In this document: positions 38,238 to 50,910 of the stretch, one piece after another
Numbering within the stretch: position 1 is the stretch's first letter
Layout of the letters: every line of letters starts with the position of its first letter
Origin: Harriotta raleighana
Taxonomy: Eukaryota
NCBI GenBank assembly: GCA_050575255.1
Contig: JBNZDD010013599.1
Location: 1,677,053 to 1,741,052 of the forward strand
Direction: 5' to 3'
DNA: 64,000 bases
The notes under the pieces: generated by a model
What the model saw: only the letters and a program-made list of their open reading frames with translations
Database searches by the model: none
What the model was told of the DNA's origin: nothing
Made by a program: the position numbers and the translations under genes

Positions 38238-38750
38238 GACCCGGGATTTTCAGCTTTCATTTTTGACAAGCTTCAAGTGCCTGACTCTTCAAAGAGCGGT
38301 CGGAATGAAAGTGAGAGCAGATGTGAGGTTTGTGCCACGCACCTCAATCAGCTGAAAAAGGAAGCGATTCAGATGGTCCATGCACTCAGTCAAGCCTCTA
38401 CTCAGGACCAGTCTGACTCGCTGTCTGACCTTGCGGTGGGCAGTACTTTGCCAAAACGTGATGCACAAAATATGGTCACCCTTTCGTCACAAAGGGACTG
38501 GCCCCTGATGGCAGGACAAGTGAGCAGACAGCCTGGAAGATCAGGAAATATAATCTCTGGTACGGAGCGAAGGAAGGGAGTAGGTTGCCCTCAGGGCACA
38601 GGCAACCTTTCGAAATCCAGCATTCAAGTAACTGTGGGTCCCAGTGGCCTAAGCAATGCTCTGAGCTCAGTCACCATTCAGGCACAGCAGTATCTTGAGG
38701 GCATGTGGAATATTTCCAGAGTCAACAACTTTCTTCCGAATGCTTATCTG
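38238..38750 (+). CDS. KIF26A: Internal coding exon of kinesin-like protein KIF26A (N-terminal region, equivalent to human exon 3); 513 nt, phase 0-0
   Basis: Polypyrimidine tract and TTCAG acceptor end at 38237; donor CTG|GTGAGT at 38750/38751. Translation DPGFSAFIFDKLQVPDSSKSGRNESESRCEVCATHLNQLKKEAIQMV...SSVTIQAQQYLEGMWNISRVNNFLPNAYL matches the KIF26 exon-3 pattern as I recall it (DP..SA..DKL, CxxCATHL). The ending LEGMW..SRVN.FLP is KIF26A-type rather than KIF26B-type (LDGTWSLSRTN). Confidence 0.93.
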
Positions 38751-41177
38751 GTGAGTTCTCGTTAACTGGCAGTAAAGTAAACCATGACCGAAGTATCGTT
38801 TGGAGCGTTTAACATTTTCATCACCTTTCTTTGTTAGTCTTGAGATTTTTCTTCAGTTTTGCGCATGTATTACAGGATAATGATATGAAAACAGATAACT
38901 GTTGCACATGTCTTTCAGCCTGTTTCGGAAAGCCACGGCGTACAGTTAAAACTTTTGTTGTTGCAATCGTTGGGATTGAGTTTTGAAGTGTAAATGCAAT
39001 CATAATTTTAGCGTATTTTACGATTATCGTAATCTTGAGTCAATTTATTTTCTCACCAATTTTCGATTCCTTGCCCCTCGTTGCCCTAAACGTGATAACT
39101 CGCGCTGGGAAATATAATTTCATGGTCTTGAGCAACATCCTGCCAGCTCCCTCGAGTGCCTTGAACAAGTCAGTGTGTCTTATAGTATCTGACCGTGGGT
39201 GGTTTCACAGCTGAGCTAAATCCTATCTTTCTTTTCTCCTGTTGTGCTCCCACACAAACACTTCATTCAGCGAGTGGTGTTCGCAGATCAGAAGGGAAAC
39301 TCCAGCCGGGCAATCCCCAAGCCAACGCAAGATGCTAACACTTACTGAAAATCTCCCCGAGTAAAAATAGCCCAGCTCATTTAGCAGCAGTCAGGAATTG
39401 GGCCTGGAATTTTTTCCTGATGTGCATGGTTGAAAGGCACCTCAAGGTGCATTGACCTACAGATGCATGGGTCGAAGTTCAAACAGTATCTGTGTACTCA
39501 TTTTTTAGTCGATCGCACACATAATACAATGCATTTGAGGCACATAAAACCACCCAACCTTGCACACGTATAACAAAGCAGCTACAGTATGCGTGTACTG
39601 CAGTGCGCCAGCGTTCAATGAATCAAACGGGAAGAAAACACACCCAATTAGAAAGAAGAGATCAAAAGATAATCGAGAGAGTGCTTAGCCCGGTTCGTGG
39701 GATGGGGGAGATGAGGATAAATATGCGGAGTAACGTTGCTGGTTGAGGGTATTTATTGATCAGTTACCTCGTGTGGGCAAGGTGTGGTTTGGTCAATTCT
39801 TGCATTAGGAAAATGAACGTCCAGTCAGCTGGTGTATAATCGACTTACCTGTGGGGTGGAGAAGTGGAGGAAGAGGAGGAGGAGGAGGAGAGAGAGAGAA
39901 ACGCAAAGGCTTTAAAATGGGGGTCCCATTGAAAGCTGAGCACATATATTCTCCAGCACTATTCGACCGTGCCTTCAGCTCCCCTCTTCTCTTCGACCGT
40001 GCCTTCAGCTCCCCTCTCGACTCTCTACCTCCTCCTTGCNCATATTCTCCAGCACTATTGCATCCCAGTGGACATGAAACACTGAATAGTGAGGGGGGGA
40101 ACTTCTGCTGTTAGTTGTGGCAGTAAACATCATGAATTGGGCAGATTAACTCGCACCAGGGCTGTAGCATTGCTTGCTTTGAACAAAGGAATTGTTTTAC
40201 GCCTTAAATGGATTTTATATATCTTAATTTTTTAAATATATATATACCGTATACAAAATGGAATGAGGAGGGTAACACTTACCGGCTGACGTCTTAATGC
40301 TGCACTGCTCTGTGCTGAAGCATAAAATTCTGCGATTTAAAATGTACATCACGAACAGTCACACAGAGGGTGATCTCTCCAATGTGTCATATCCGTGCAG
40401 GTGGATTAATGGAATTGCTCGAGTTACATTTGTTTTTCCAGATTATTTTTCTGTACAATATTAAAGTGAGGGGCATACCACACAGCCGATGTTTTATGGT
40501 ATGTAGAGGAGTTAGAGTGAGTGGAAGGGAGAGAGTGGAAGGGATAAATGTGACGCTTTTGCCAGCTTGTATGGATGTGTATTTGAATTGGGAGTCGGTG
40601 TGTAACCATGATTTACGCTCTTTTACAACCAATTTGAAGTGCATCAGTCAGACCAAAAGTGCTGGATTTCAGAGACGTGTCGAGCGTTGAAATATAGTCT
40701 TAACCATTGGTACAAATGGATACCAATGGATAATATTTGCATGAGATTTGAAGGAACATACATGTCTAGTCTAAAAAAAACAGTTGGGAGTGCATGAAGT
40801 GATATTAAAACAAATAAAAGTGAAACGCGCATAAGCCAGATAGCATCTATTAGGGTCCAATTCAATTCCAGCCGTTATTAGTAGACTGCATTATTAGTAG
40901 ACTGCGCTGAATTATTATTGCAATAAAGAAAGTTTGAATTACTGCAGTCCCCTACTGTCACATGGGAAGCCACATTTGTTAGTTTCTAATTGCTTTTTCC
41001 TGCGTGTAAATTGTGACGAGGGTTTTGTTGCATTTCGAAGATCAGTTGCATCCATCTACTGTACTTAGTTAGATTGGTCATTCTTAAAGTTCTCATGGAT
41101 AAAAGATTAATAAAAGCTAAAGTAGACTTTTCTTGGCGACACGTTTGTGGCTGTCCACAAGCTAATTTACAGAGCCA

Positions 41178-41233
41178 AGAGATCAACTCATTCAGCACAG
41201 ACCAGAGATCAAAACTGGAGCCTTTCAGGTCTC
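41178..41233 (-). mobile_element. Old SINE-like family 'X', tRNA-like head fragment
   Basis: Reverse complement agacctgaaaggctccagttttgatctctggtctgtgctgaatgagttgatctc: a degenerate B-box-like motif followed by the segment shared with 14083-14106. Confidence 0.55.
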
Positions 41234-41894
41234 CACAACTCTGTTCTTCTGTTGGACAACGACTCTACTAACTTAGTCATGACATCATTTTAGTTTTATA
41301 GTTGTTTTGTTGAATAAAAAGAATTTAAAGCTCTTGCCATCAGAACAACGCTGTAAATGGTTCACCTTTAACTTTTCCTTAACTAAAATTCCCAAAGCTT
41401 GACATTGCCCCCATCCAACCCGTTTCAAACCAGGTCAGTGCAACGATAGGATCTGAGGAGTGATACAGGTTTTGAAGCACGACAGCCCAATTTCAATGGG
41501 ATTTCACTGTCCTCTTATTCTTGCTGATTGTTGATGNACGTGTAACATCATTTGAAATCCCATTACCCCGTTTCAAACCAGGTCAGTGCAACGATAGGAT
41601 CTGAGGAGTGATACAGGTTTTGAAGCACGACAGCCCAATTTCAATGGGATTTCACTGTCCTCTTATTCTTGCTGATTGTTGATGTGGCGTTCTGGAGTAA
41701 TATTGGGTGATGATGCTGTTTCTGCGGAGTTAGTTCACTGAGGGGACCATTAGTGGTAAGGTTCACTGTTACTCATAAAGTGATGATTATTGATTCATTT
41801 TTAGTTAATTTTGATGGAGCTTGAAATCATACCGTCATGTGCTTACTGCATCTTTCATCGACTGTTTTTAGGCTTGTTCTGACCTTCTTCTGTG

Positions 41895-42103
41895 GTCCTG
41901 TAGCTCAGTGGTTAGAGCTCTCTCCTTGCAAGTGAGAGACCTAGTTCAATTGGCTACAGGGCGAAACCTTGGGCAAGAATCTCTTAAAAAAAACTCAGAA
42001 TTTGGTCAAAGAATCCATGACTGTTTTAGGGCATTGCCCACAAATATATAGACTTTACAGCATATTCTTTGAAGCGCTTTGAAATGCCTAGAAGACATGA
42101 AAA
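41895..42103 (+). mobile_element. tRNA-derived SINE with internal deletions
   Basis: gtcctgtagctcagtggttagagctctctccttgcaagtgagagacct...gaagcgctttgaaatgcctagaagacatgaaaa. Confidence 0.88.
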
Positions 42104-43396
42104 CAGTAGGTATTGCGCTAACTTGTGTTGTCACAGCTGCTTCTGAAGCCCTGTCACTTTAGGCTTTAAATACATGGTATAACCACTGCATAGACATTCA
42201 AAATGTAACGGGTTATTTAAAATATTTAACACAACAAATAAGGTTCATTCTACATTGAGGTTCAGAGAGGCAAGTTAACTTGGCAACAGGAACATTAATT
42301 GCAGTGGTTTTGTACTGCAGTTGGCTTGATCTCTTTTCTTCCTGGAAATTTTCATAAAATTCAATTCAGTGGAAATTGAATCTGATTTGTGTAATGAGGT
42401 TTTCTGTTTTAAGGTACTTACCGGTTGACGGAATCATTGCTTTAAATGATTTCTGGTCCTTGAACTCATCTGGATGGCTTCAGTATTACATTTGTGTGGC
42501 ATCATTTTTTTTTAAAAAATAAAAAATTCTTGTTTTCTATTGATTTAAATCCAGCACTGCTTCCAGTAATTGATATTTAATTTGTATTTAGGGGTCTGAG
42601 TCAATGCGAGAGTATTGGTTGCGTAAAGCACAATTTGATTTTAACATGAGGTAATGCAAGTTGAGGTAATAAATGATTACAGTATATTATATTAGGCAAT
42701 CGGAACTCGTAAAAGCAAATAGCCAACTGAGTGCCAAAGAATCATCCGTGTATGGTAATATATATTTGCTCTACAGACAGCAAATTCTACTGAGAACAAT
42801 AGTTCATCACAGCCCAAAACAACATCCAGCAGTGCAAATCTGAATTGCCCACATCAGAATGTACCACGCAGTTTCAATAATGTTTATTCCCCCCATATTA
42901 CAATCTCAGAACGTCCCGTTGCTATGGTTTCATCAGTGTATGTTTAACATTCAGTGCTCTGTAGTTAGGAGATATTAAAGTGGAAAACTGTATTGTACAG
43001 CTAAATGAACTATTAAGTGTACAAGAATGATACACGATAACAGACTCCTAACTGGTACGGAGAAAGACTGAATTTAGGGACTTGACAGTTTTAACATTTC
43101 TTTGACTGTTTTGTGTGCAGCAAACACTAGCTTGACATTACCCTGATATGCGTCTTAAATTGTGTTACTGGAATTACATGGGGTTGTTTAATAAAATCAT
43201 GTTCTTATGCTGATATGCTGACATTCGCCCACAAATACAGTCACTCCACTTCACAGAATACCCTGTGAAGCACTTTGAGATGTCCTATCGAGGTGATCTG
43301 TGCTGGATCAAATAAAATACATGTAGAGATTATAATTAGGTTAACAAATATCCTTGTTCAAATAGCAGTTTAGTTTTTTAACTATATAATAGTTTA

Positions 43397-43690
43397 GTCC
43401 TGTAGCTCAGTGGTTAGAGCACTCGCCACACAAGTGAGAGAGCCGGGTTTGATTCCTGGCAGAGCAAAACCCTGGACAAGTTTCGTTACTCCACACGCCT
43501 GATAATAAACCTTCAAGAAAACAAAACATCAGTACTGTAATTTGTTCACTCAATCCATGGCTGTTTATTGTACAATTGGCTGCCATGTTTCACCCACAAA
43601 ATATACACTCGATTCGCTTTAGTGCTTTGAGGTGTCTAGAAGAAGTGAAAAGCGCTAAAGCAAATGTAAGGATTATTATTAGTAGTAGTA
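43397..43690 (+). mobile_element. tRNA-derived SINE, near full length
   Basis: gtcctgtagctcagtggttagagcactcgcc..gggtttgattcctggc...tctagaagaagtgaaaagcgct..aaatgtaaggattattatt. Confidence 0.9.
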
Positions 43691-46600
43691 GTTGTGATAG
43701 TAATTGTATAGAGGCCTTCAGATGAGCCTACGAGCAATTCTAATGCAATATTCTGTCCAACCAATGGCTTTTCATTGTTGTTGCAATGCATCACAAAGTT
43801 AAAATCCATCCTGCAATAATCTAATATTATAAAGTTGTGGCTTTATAATTGTAATTTTATTTGGATGTAACCTCTAGTCATTGGTTGTAGTCTCAGTTGT
43901 GATGGGTCTGGAGTGTTATAATGATACCCTCAGCATTTCTCTATTACCTCTCTGGCTGTACTGGACATGTTAAGTGATTCTTCTCAAAGCTTCCCCTCTC
44001 CTGCGTAATCTTTTCTGCCTGGCTCCTTGTTAATAATACCCCTGTGCTATGATTATTGCTTCTCTGAACTTTTGTTCTTCCCATGCTTTGCATTCTTACT
44101 GCCTTGAGATGAAAAGTCATTACACTCGTCTCAAGTGTAAGTCATTACACTTTTAACTCATTCATTCCCAGAACCTCGAGACATTTGGAACTCTTTACTC
44201 CTTCCCTCCTTCCCCTGTTCCACCCAGTTCAGNGTCATCTAATCTTTACTTGTCGATTCATGTTATCGTATATAAATCTGAAACGTATACACAGAATTGT
44301 TCACAGGCCAATTGTCTGTGCCAAGTATTTGTGGCTTGAACATTGCTCCAATTTCTCTAGNATCATCTAACCTTTACTTGTCGATTCATGTTATCGTATA
44401 TAAATCCAAAACGTATACACAGAATTGTTCACAGGCCCATTGTCTGTGCCAAGTATTTGTGGCTTGAACATTGCTCCAATTTCTCTAGAGATTTGCGACC
44501 ACTATTTTGCTATCATTATTTAGAGCTCTGAATCCCTTCAAAGCTATGCCAAGTTCCTGCGAATGCGGACGACATGATTGGGCTGTAAGTGGGAGACGTG
44601 GCATTTTGTGGCAGCAACAAGGCTGGGTCAGGACTTACTTGCGGGTACTTTCCTCCCCTCAGCCGTAGCTAATTTGGAGAGCATTTGCCCGCTCATACAT
44701 TATTAAACTTACAGTAGCTTCGCATACAAATGACAGATTAGCAATAAGGCAGATTTATCTATTGTCATGGATTTCAAGCTGAGAAGACAGCGATAAAAAG
44801 AGGACCGAGCTCACTCAGGACTTTTAAAGTTATATACTATACGCCTATTGTGACTAAACACCTGAACAAATCCCCAAAGTAGGTTGTCACTAGCTTGTTA
44901 AATTCCTCACTTCTGTAGTGTGTGCTCTCCATCAATGCAGTCAGGTGGAGGAAGAATTATAGCTTATCATGTCCATGCCACTTAGTACACAGTAAAACAC
45001 TTCCCCTTGCTTCCTTTGGCCTTTGGGTTAAATGCGGCAATAAAAAATTCATTGGTTCTTTAAGAAAACAGCAGAGAGTTGTCCGTAACATTATTACTTC
45101 TGGTGACTACACCAAACGTGATTTTCTTTCAATTGAATACCTACGAGAAGGGATAACACAATGTTGTTAAAACGCATAGAATAAAAGACCCGACTAAAAT
45201 TATTTTTTTTTGAACCATTTAATATTTAAGTCCAGGTTCTTTGAGGGGGTGAGATTAAGATGTGAAAAGGATTTTGCTTAACATGGATCTATTCTTGGTA
45301 TTGATGTGTCTTTTTGTAAAAACAAAATACTCGCTGGACACAGTTTGGAGAATTGGAGAGAAGGAAATCAAACATTCAAACAAAAGAAAATGACAGACTT
45401 TGTGTTTTATTGAAATATTTTCATCTTGATTCAAAAGGCATGTTACTTGATTTTTTTTCTCTCTCCCCCCCCCCACCCACCCGCCTCTCTTTTCTTCATT
45501 GTCATCGAAAAGACTGTGTTCTTGTTCTAAGCAGTTCTTTTCAGGAGAAGCCTTATCTAGAAAGCCCGAGGCATTGCACTGAACAGTAAATGGAAAACCT
45601 GGTGCTCTAAATTGACGTATCTTTAGGCAAATTCAATGACGTTAGTCAAAGATGGCTTAAGAACGAACAGATGTGTAGTTTTACCTGTATTGCCCGGTGC
45701 TTTCTGCCCATCTGCGCTGCACACACAAGAAGCAACCAGACAATAGGGGAGGTTTTATGAAGGTCCATAAATTTACTGACTTCCGAAGAATCACCTCTAT
45801 TATGTCCCCATTTAGTGGCCTGGATTAGCACTGACAGTGGCCTGGAGGTGATGTACACCTGGCAGAGTCTATGGGAATTCCTACTCAAGAGAGTTTTAAA
45901 AACACACATTTTAATTAGCTTGTATTTCAGGATGAGCAGATGACTCTTAGGACATCATTTCCTCAAAAATGTGTTACTTTTTTTTTTACTTCTTGACTTT
46001 GATGGAGCAAAGGGCACTGATGTATGATTTTACTTTATAAATGACTGCATTAGTAGCACAAAGACACACGTGTATGTACGTAATATGACATTCTTTAAAA
46101 GAAGGGATGATTAACTGCTGTAGTGTCTCTGGAAGTTTGAAGGGACCAGAGGGGATATGATCTGTAAAGGAGCTGCATTATCAAGAGCCTCAACTAAGAA
46201 TAGTCACAGTAGTCCAGTAAAACTGATAGGATGGCTTTAATTGGTAGATTGGGAAACATTTCTGTGAATGAGCTACAGCTTCAACAGATCACATGTATCT
46301 CTGAGGGCACGGCCACCAACTGCTTAATCCCAAATGGTCAGCACTATATAGCTATCCGCCTTAAGTATTGCTAGTCTATTTTTACATCAGTTCCTGGATT
46401 AACCTTCAAAGCCCTCAAACTAGACCTAATATGTCAAACGTGTCCAAAACTTCAAAAGTATGTGTTAATTGATTCAACTGATGAAAGGAAGATTTAAATT
46501 CTAATAGAAGTTTGAGCCACTGAAGCTTTTATTCAAACTCGCCCACGAAATACGTTCGATTCATTTCCTTCAGATGGTACTGTGGATACTGGTACGCTTT

Positions 46601-46825
46601 GGGTTATTTGAATCACAGAACAATTACACACTTTTTCAACCCCCGTAACCTTTATTTTACGTTGTGGTTGGCAGAAATATTCATTAAAAATGATATTTAA
46701 ATTCATCAAAAGAACTAGGAATTCTTGCTGCACAAGCAGTTTGGAAATATTACTTTGCCTTCCATGTTTAGCCAGTAAAATGCATTCATTTACTTTATGA
46801 TAAGATTCATTCTGTAATCGGAATG

Positions 46826-46940
46826 TATTGCTCACGAAACATAGTCAGTTGAATTTACAGTGTATTCTGTGAAGCGCTTTCGGACGTCTTAATGAATGGT
46901 AAGATGCAATATCAAATGCAAGAATTACTATTAGTATTAT
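46826..46940 (+). mobile_element. SINE 3' fragment
   Basis: ttacagtgtattctgtgaagcgctttcggacgtc...atatcaaatgcaagaattactatt. Confidence 0.75.
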
Positions 46941-47755
46941 GTGATCAATTTGCTGTGCTTGCATTGAAGAGTATGACAATAAGACACTTGAAAAAACACA
47001 CTGTTAAAAGTGCCTGCCAATCTGTGTCTCAGTGCATGCGACTTTGCTTGACATTTCAAAAAGAGTTTTGTTACCCTGTGCTTGTAGCATTCCATCAAAT
47101 TTCTATTTTAGTTCTGCCTATGGAATCCAATTTGAAAAGATAGTAAGACTGTCTCTTAACCTGGCTTGTACCCAAGCTCGATCAGAGACACCACTCCTGT
47201 GGGAATTTTATTTTCCTTTTAATAATTTAGCATATTTTAAAAGCCAACCAACTCGCCCAGCGTGTAACGAAACGATAACTTCTTCAAAAAAGAGCAAAGC
47301 AAAGTCTAATTACTTGCCCCAAAAAAACAGGCCGCTTCATTTGATTGCATTTGTGTGAGGTACTGTGCGCGTTGATAGAAAAACTGGGGGTGATCGTCAT
47401 GTGGGAAACCATGTATGGCATATATTCCTAACAATAGACAACACTGCAATGGGGTGATAAAATATGTGACAATAATGGAAGGCGTTTTGTATTTCTCCAT
47501 TGCTTCATGGTTGTCAGGCTGGTTAAACGTGCATTACTCTGACCAAAGCCTCTTAGCTAAACTCTTGCTTGTCTAGTGAATTCACAATTGTAACCTCCAA
47601 TACTGGACATCGTAGGGCATGCTTGTCCACCTTCATTAATTTGGGTTGTCGGTGTCGTGAGGGAGCTAATTTCAACCAAGGACGATTTCGAGTTAAAAAG
47701 CTTCACAAGTCAGTCTGTCATCCGTGCTTTGCGGTGTTTTTTTTTTGTTTTCCAG

Positions 47756-47922
47756 ACGCAAACAATGACCGAGGGTGGGAAAGAAGGTTCGTCTCAAGAA
47801 CCTCTGACTCCGCAGAACAGCGTCAGTCAAGCGTGGGCAGCTAGTACACCAGCCTCTCAGAATTCATTGCTACCTGGTGGGATTCCTTCTGGTGCTTCCG
47901 CAGCAGCATCTTTTTTCATCAG
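47756..47922 (+). CDS. KIF26A: Next coding exon of KIF26A (equivalent to human exon 4); 167 nt, phase 0-2
   Basis: T-rich tract and TTCCAG acceptor end at 47755; donor AG|GTATTG at 47922/47923. In frame with the previous exon. Encodes TQTMTEGGKEGSSQEPL...GASAAASFFIR; SAAASFFIR is the KIF26A version of the conserved motif (KIF26B has VAASFFAR). Confidence 0.92.
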
Positions 47923-47952
47923 GTATTGATTGTGTTGTTTTAGTCCAATGTA

Positions 47953-48279
47953 CAGTTGGATAAATCTTGTTTATCCGGTAACCAGTATCTCCCAATACAC
48001 TCGCGGATACGCTCGCTTTGCGCACTTATTAAACTTATCAGACGCTGGAAGGCTTTTTTACCGATCATTTTACCAAGTGTGCTGGAGTGTGCTTTATTGG
48101 TAAGTACCCCATACAATATTCTGTTATTGTTTAGTCTTATTATTAATATGGTATGTTATAAAATAAGTTAATTTTTTTGGGTGTAGGATTTTCGGCCACT
48201 TGCCGCTCGAATATCCGGCGTGTTTGATTAACCGGAACCGGGCAGTTCCTGAGGGGGCCGGATAACCAAGGTTTTACTG
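47953..48279. mobile_element. Second copy of the pogo/Tigger-like MITE
   Basis: TA-flanked. Left end CAG(ttgga)TAAATCTTGTTTATCCGG, right end CCGGATAACCAAGGTTTTACTG. The interior tacaatattctgttatt..agtc.tattatta.tatggt is shared with 5640-5700. Confidence 0.8.
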
Positions 48280-48529
48280 TATAAAGGAAAGCAGGAGAGC
48301 TGGCGTTACCTCCTCGATCGATCAATCAAATTGTTCATCCCCGAGAAGAAAATAATTGTCTATGGAGGAAAGCGATCCTGATCTGCGATACAATTGGATT
48401 GATCAACTCTGGGGAGTCGATCTTACTAGCATAATTATTTTAAGGGTCGTTAGGCTGTAATTGTATTTTATGGTTATTTTCCTCTCATTTCTTTATGGCT
48501 GCAACTGGGAGAGAAGGAAAGCTGGATGG

Positions 48530-48872
48530 TACCCACTTTATAGCCATGTTGCTCTCAGCCTTCCCAATTCCTCCCTCCATAGCCTGCAGGTTATCCAGAA
48601 CTGTGTCGCCCGTATCCTCTACCGCTCCAAGCCTCGTGACTCCCATCTCCCCTATCCTCGCCCGACTCCCATTGGCTCCCCATCACCCAGAGGATTCAAT
48701 TCAAGATCCTGGTCCTCACATTCAAAACCCTCCATGGCTTCGCCCCCACTCTACCTCTGCGTCCTCCTACCTCTGCGATCTCTACCTCTACCAACCTGAC
48801 TGCCTGCTCCTGCTCCACGTCCCCCACCCCATCATTGGCAGGCGAGCCTTCAGCACCCAACCTCTGGAACGC
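48530..48872 (+). mobile_element. L2 LINE ORF2 C-terminal fragment, frameshifted
   Basis: Joined across frames it reads YSHVALSLPNSSLHSLQVIQNCVARIL..ISPILARL/HWLPITQRIQFKILVLTFKTLHG, the characteristic L2-clade post-RT motif (LQ..QN.AAR, LHWLP...RI.FK). Confidence 0.88.
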
Positions 48873-49533
48873 CATTGCGCAGTCGTTCCTTTGCCCGCGC
48901 GTTGCAACAAAACTCAAACTGTGTTCAGAAAACGCTGGCAGAGCACAGCAGGTTAATCAGATCGTGAAAGGTAAAGTCAGGTTAAAGATTCATGGTTGAT
49001 TCTTCATCAAGAGAAGGGACATGCCAGATATATTAACTTCTCCTTCAACCTCTCCTTCAAATGCTGATTGGCATGCAGGCTCACGTCTTAGCAGTTTTAC
49101 ACAACGTCCCATTTTTGCTTCAGCCAAACTGGTGTGTGGAGTTGGGGCTCAGTTTGGGGGTAAATGCACAAAGAATGTGCTGTATTTGACAAATATTTGT
49201 GATTTACTGAACGAGCAATCTTTCCACTGAAATGAAATGATATAACGACTGCAGGCTATGGTTACAGGTCAGCATGGAAACTCTGCCTCTTCGACAAATG
49301 ATTCAGACCAGACGATGCGCATATCTGAGCCAATGTCCTAACCACAGAGATTATGGATTCAAATTTGTGTTGAGTTAAAGATTGTGCTGCAGTGACTGCT
49401 CTTGCAATTTGTACAATTTTACGTTTGCTTAGAGAACATATTCTTCCTCGTAACATGGTCTGGATGTCTTAGTTGGTGTATCATCAGCCTTCGGACTAGC
49501 TATTAGTACAATACATGTTAAAACCAGTACATT

Positions 49534-49685
49534 TGACTGTTTGTGGGACATTGCTGTGCGCAATTGGCTGCTGCCTTTCGCCCACAAATATACAGTCAAT
49601 TCATTTTACAGATATTCTGTGAAGCGCTCTGTGACGTCTAGAAGTCATGAAGTGCATTGCGTCGAATGCAAGGAATCTTATTATC
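49534..49685 (+). mobile_element. SINE 3' half
   Basis: gactgtttgtgggacattgctgtgcgcaattggctgctgcctttcgcccacaaatatacagtcaattc...aatgcaagg. Confidence 0.85.
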
Positions 49686-50910
49686 ATCACATATTTCAAA
49701 AACCTTATAAAAACTAAGGAATCTAGGCCTTCTCATGATCAAGAGCATCTCCAGAGGAGTTTTTCTTCAGGCCCGATCTCAATACAGTTCATCTCGGAGG
49801 CTTAGAAACCATCAAGCAAAACACTTAACAATCGGATAGTTGCTCTGACATGATGGCGTCAGCAACCTCTTAGCTACAGATGGAAACAGTCTAGAATCTC
49901 ATCTTTTTGATGCAAGTGACGGATTGAGAACAGACATCAGGACACAGGAGTGAGGACGTACACTATTACATTGGCTTCCACATCGTAATCTTATAATGCT
50001 CTTATTGCTAAAAAAAAAAGCAATCCTAACATTTTTTTTTACTATTATATATTAGACTATTCCATTTTAACAAGTAATGAAAGGATTGCTATTTTAGCGA
50101 TTGGATCATAAGACCCTATTGTGTAGCCCGCTCTAGCACAGCAAATAAAATAGGGCTCTGACATAAAGCGAAGTGGAATCCTGTGGAGAAATATCACTTT
50201 GCTTTTGGCTGACAGTACCAGTGGAAATTGCTATTAACACTGTAAGGTCACAAGGCCACAGGAGTCTTGTCAACTCAGATATTATATATATATATATATA
50301 TTGTTGGAATGCAAATCGAAATTTGTTTTAAAAATGTATCCGCGTTGGGAAATCTTACTGGCGTATGAATTGAACGTAACACCATTACACCAGGCTCCAT
50401 TCGCTGAGGAACAAAGTAAGAAAATGTGTTCCCCGGAAAGTCTTAAGTGCGGGATTAATGGGATATGAAAAATATTGTATGTAGGTTTTAACTGCTATAT
50501 TTTTCCTGAGGTGTCTCATTTCAAGTGAAGCATATAACATTCAGAGATTAAGCAGTCTTTCTGCTGGCCTATCATGACCCACTTTTGCTTAAATCTGTGC
50601 TTAATGTTGCCATCGAGCCTGAATTCTATGCATATTTTATGCATCTTTGCGGCTTCACCATCGAGTAGATTGCCTTCCTTTAGTTTTCATCCCTTTCCCG
50701 CCATCCTGGGCCCATCTCGCCTGAGCCCCTAGAGACTGAAGGGCAGCCGACTGCAATGGAATGGCAGCTGCCAATGACCTCCCATTGGATATGGCCCATC
50801 CGTCCCCTGTTGATACAGCTCCCGACAGCCGGGCGGGTGAGATTGGATGCTCAAGAGCCGTGAGGGAATTGACAACGTGTCGTCGTCGTGTCGTGTGTGT
50901 GTGTGTGTGT

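Noticed and set aside
43397-43470. SINE heads as functional tRNA genes
   Set aside because: A and B boxes are present, but there is no intact acceptor stem, the anticodon varies among copies, and each head continues into the SINE body.
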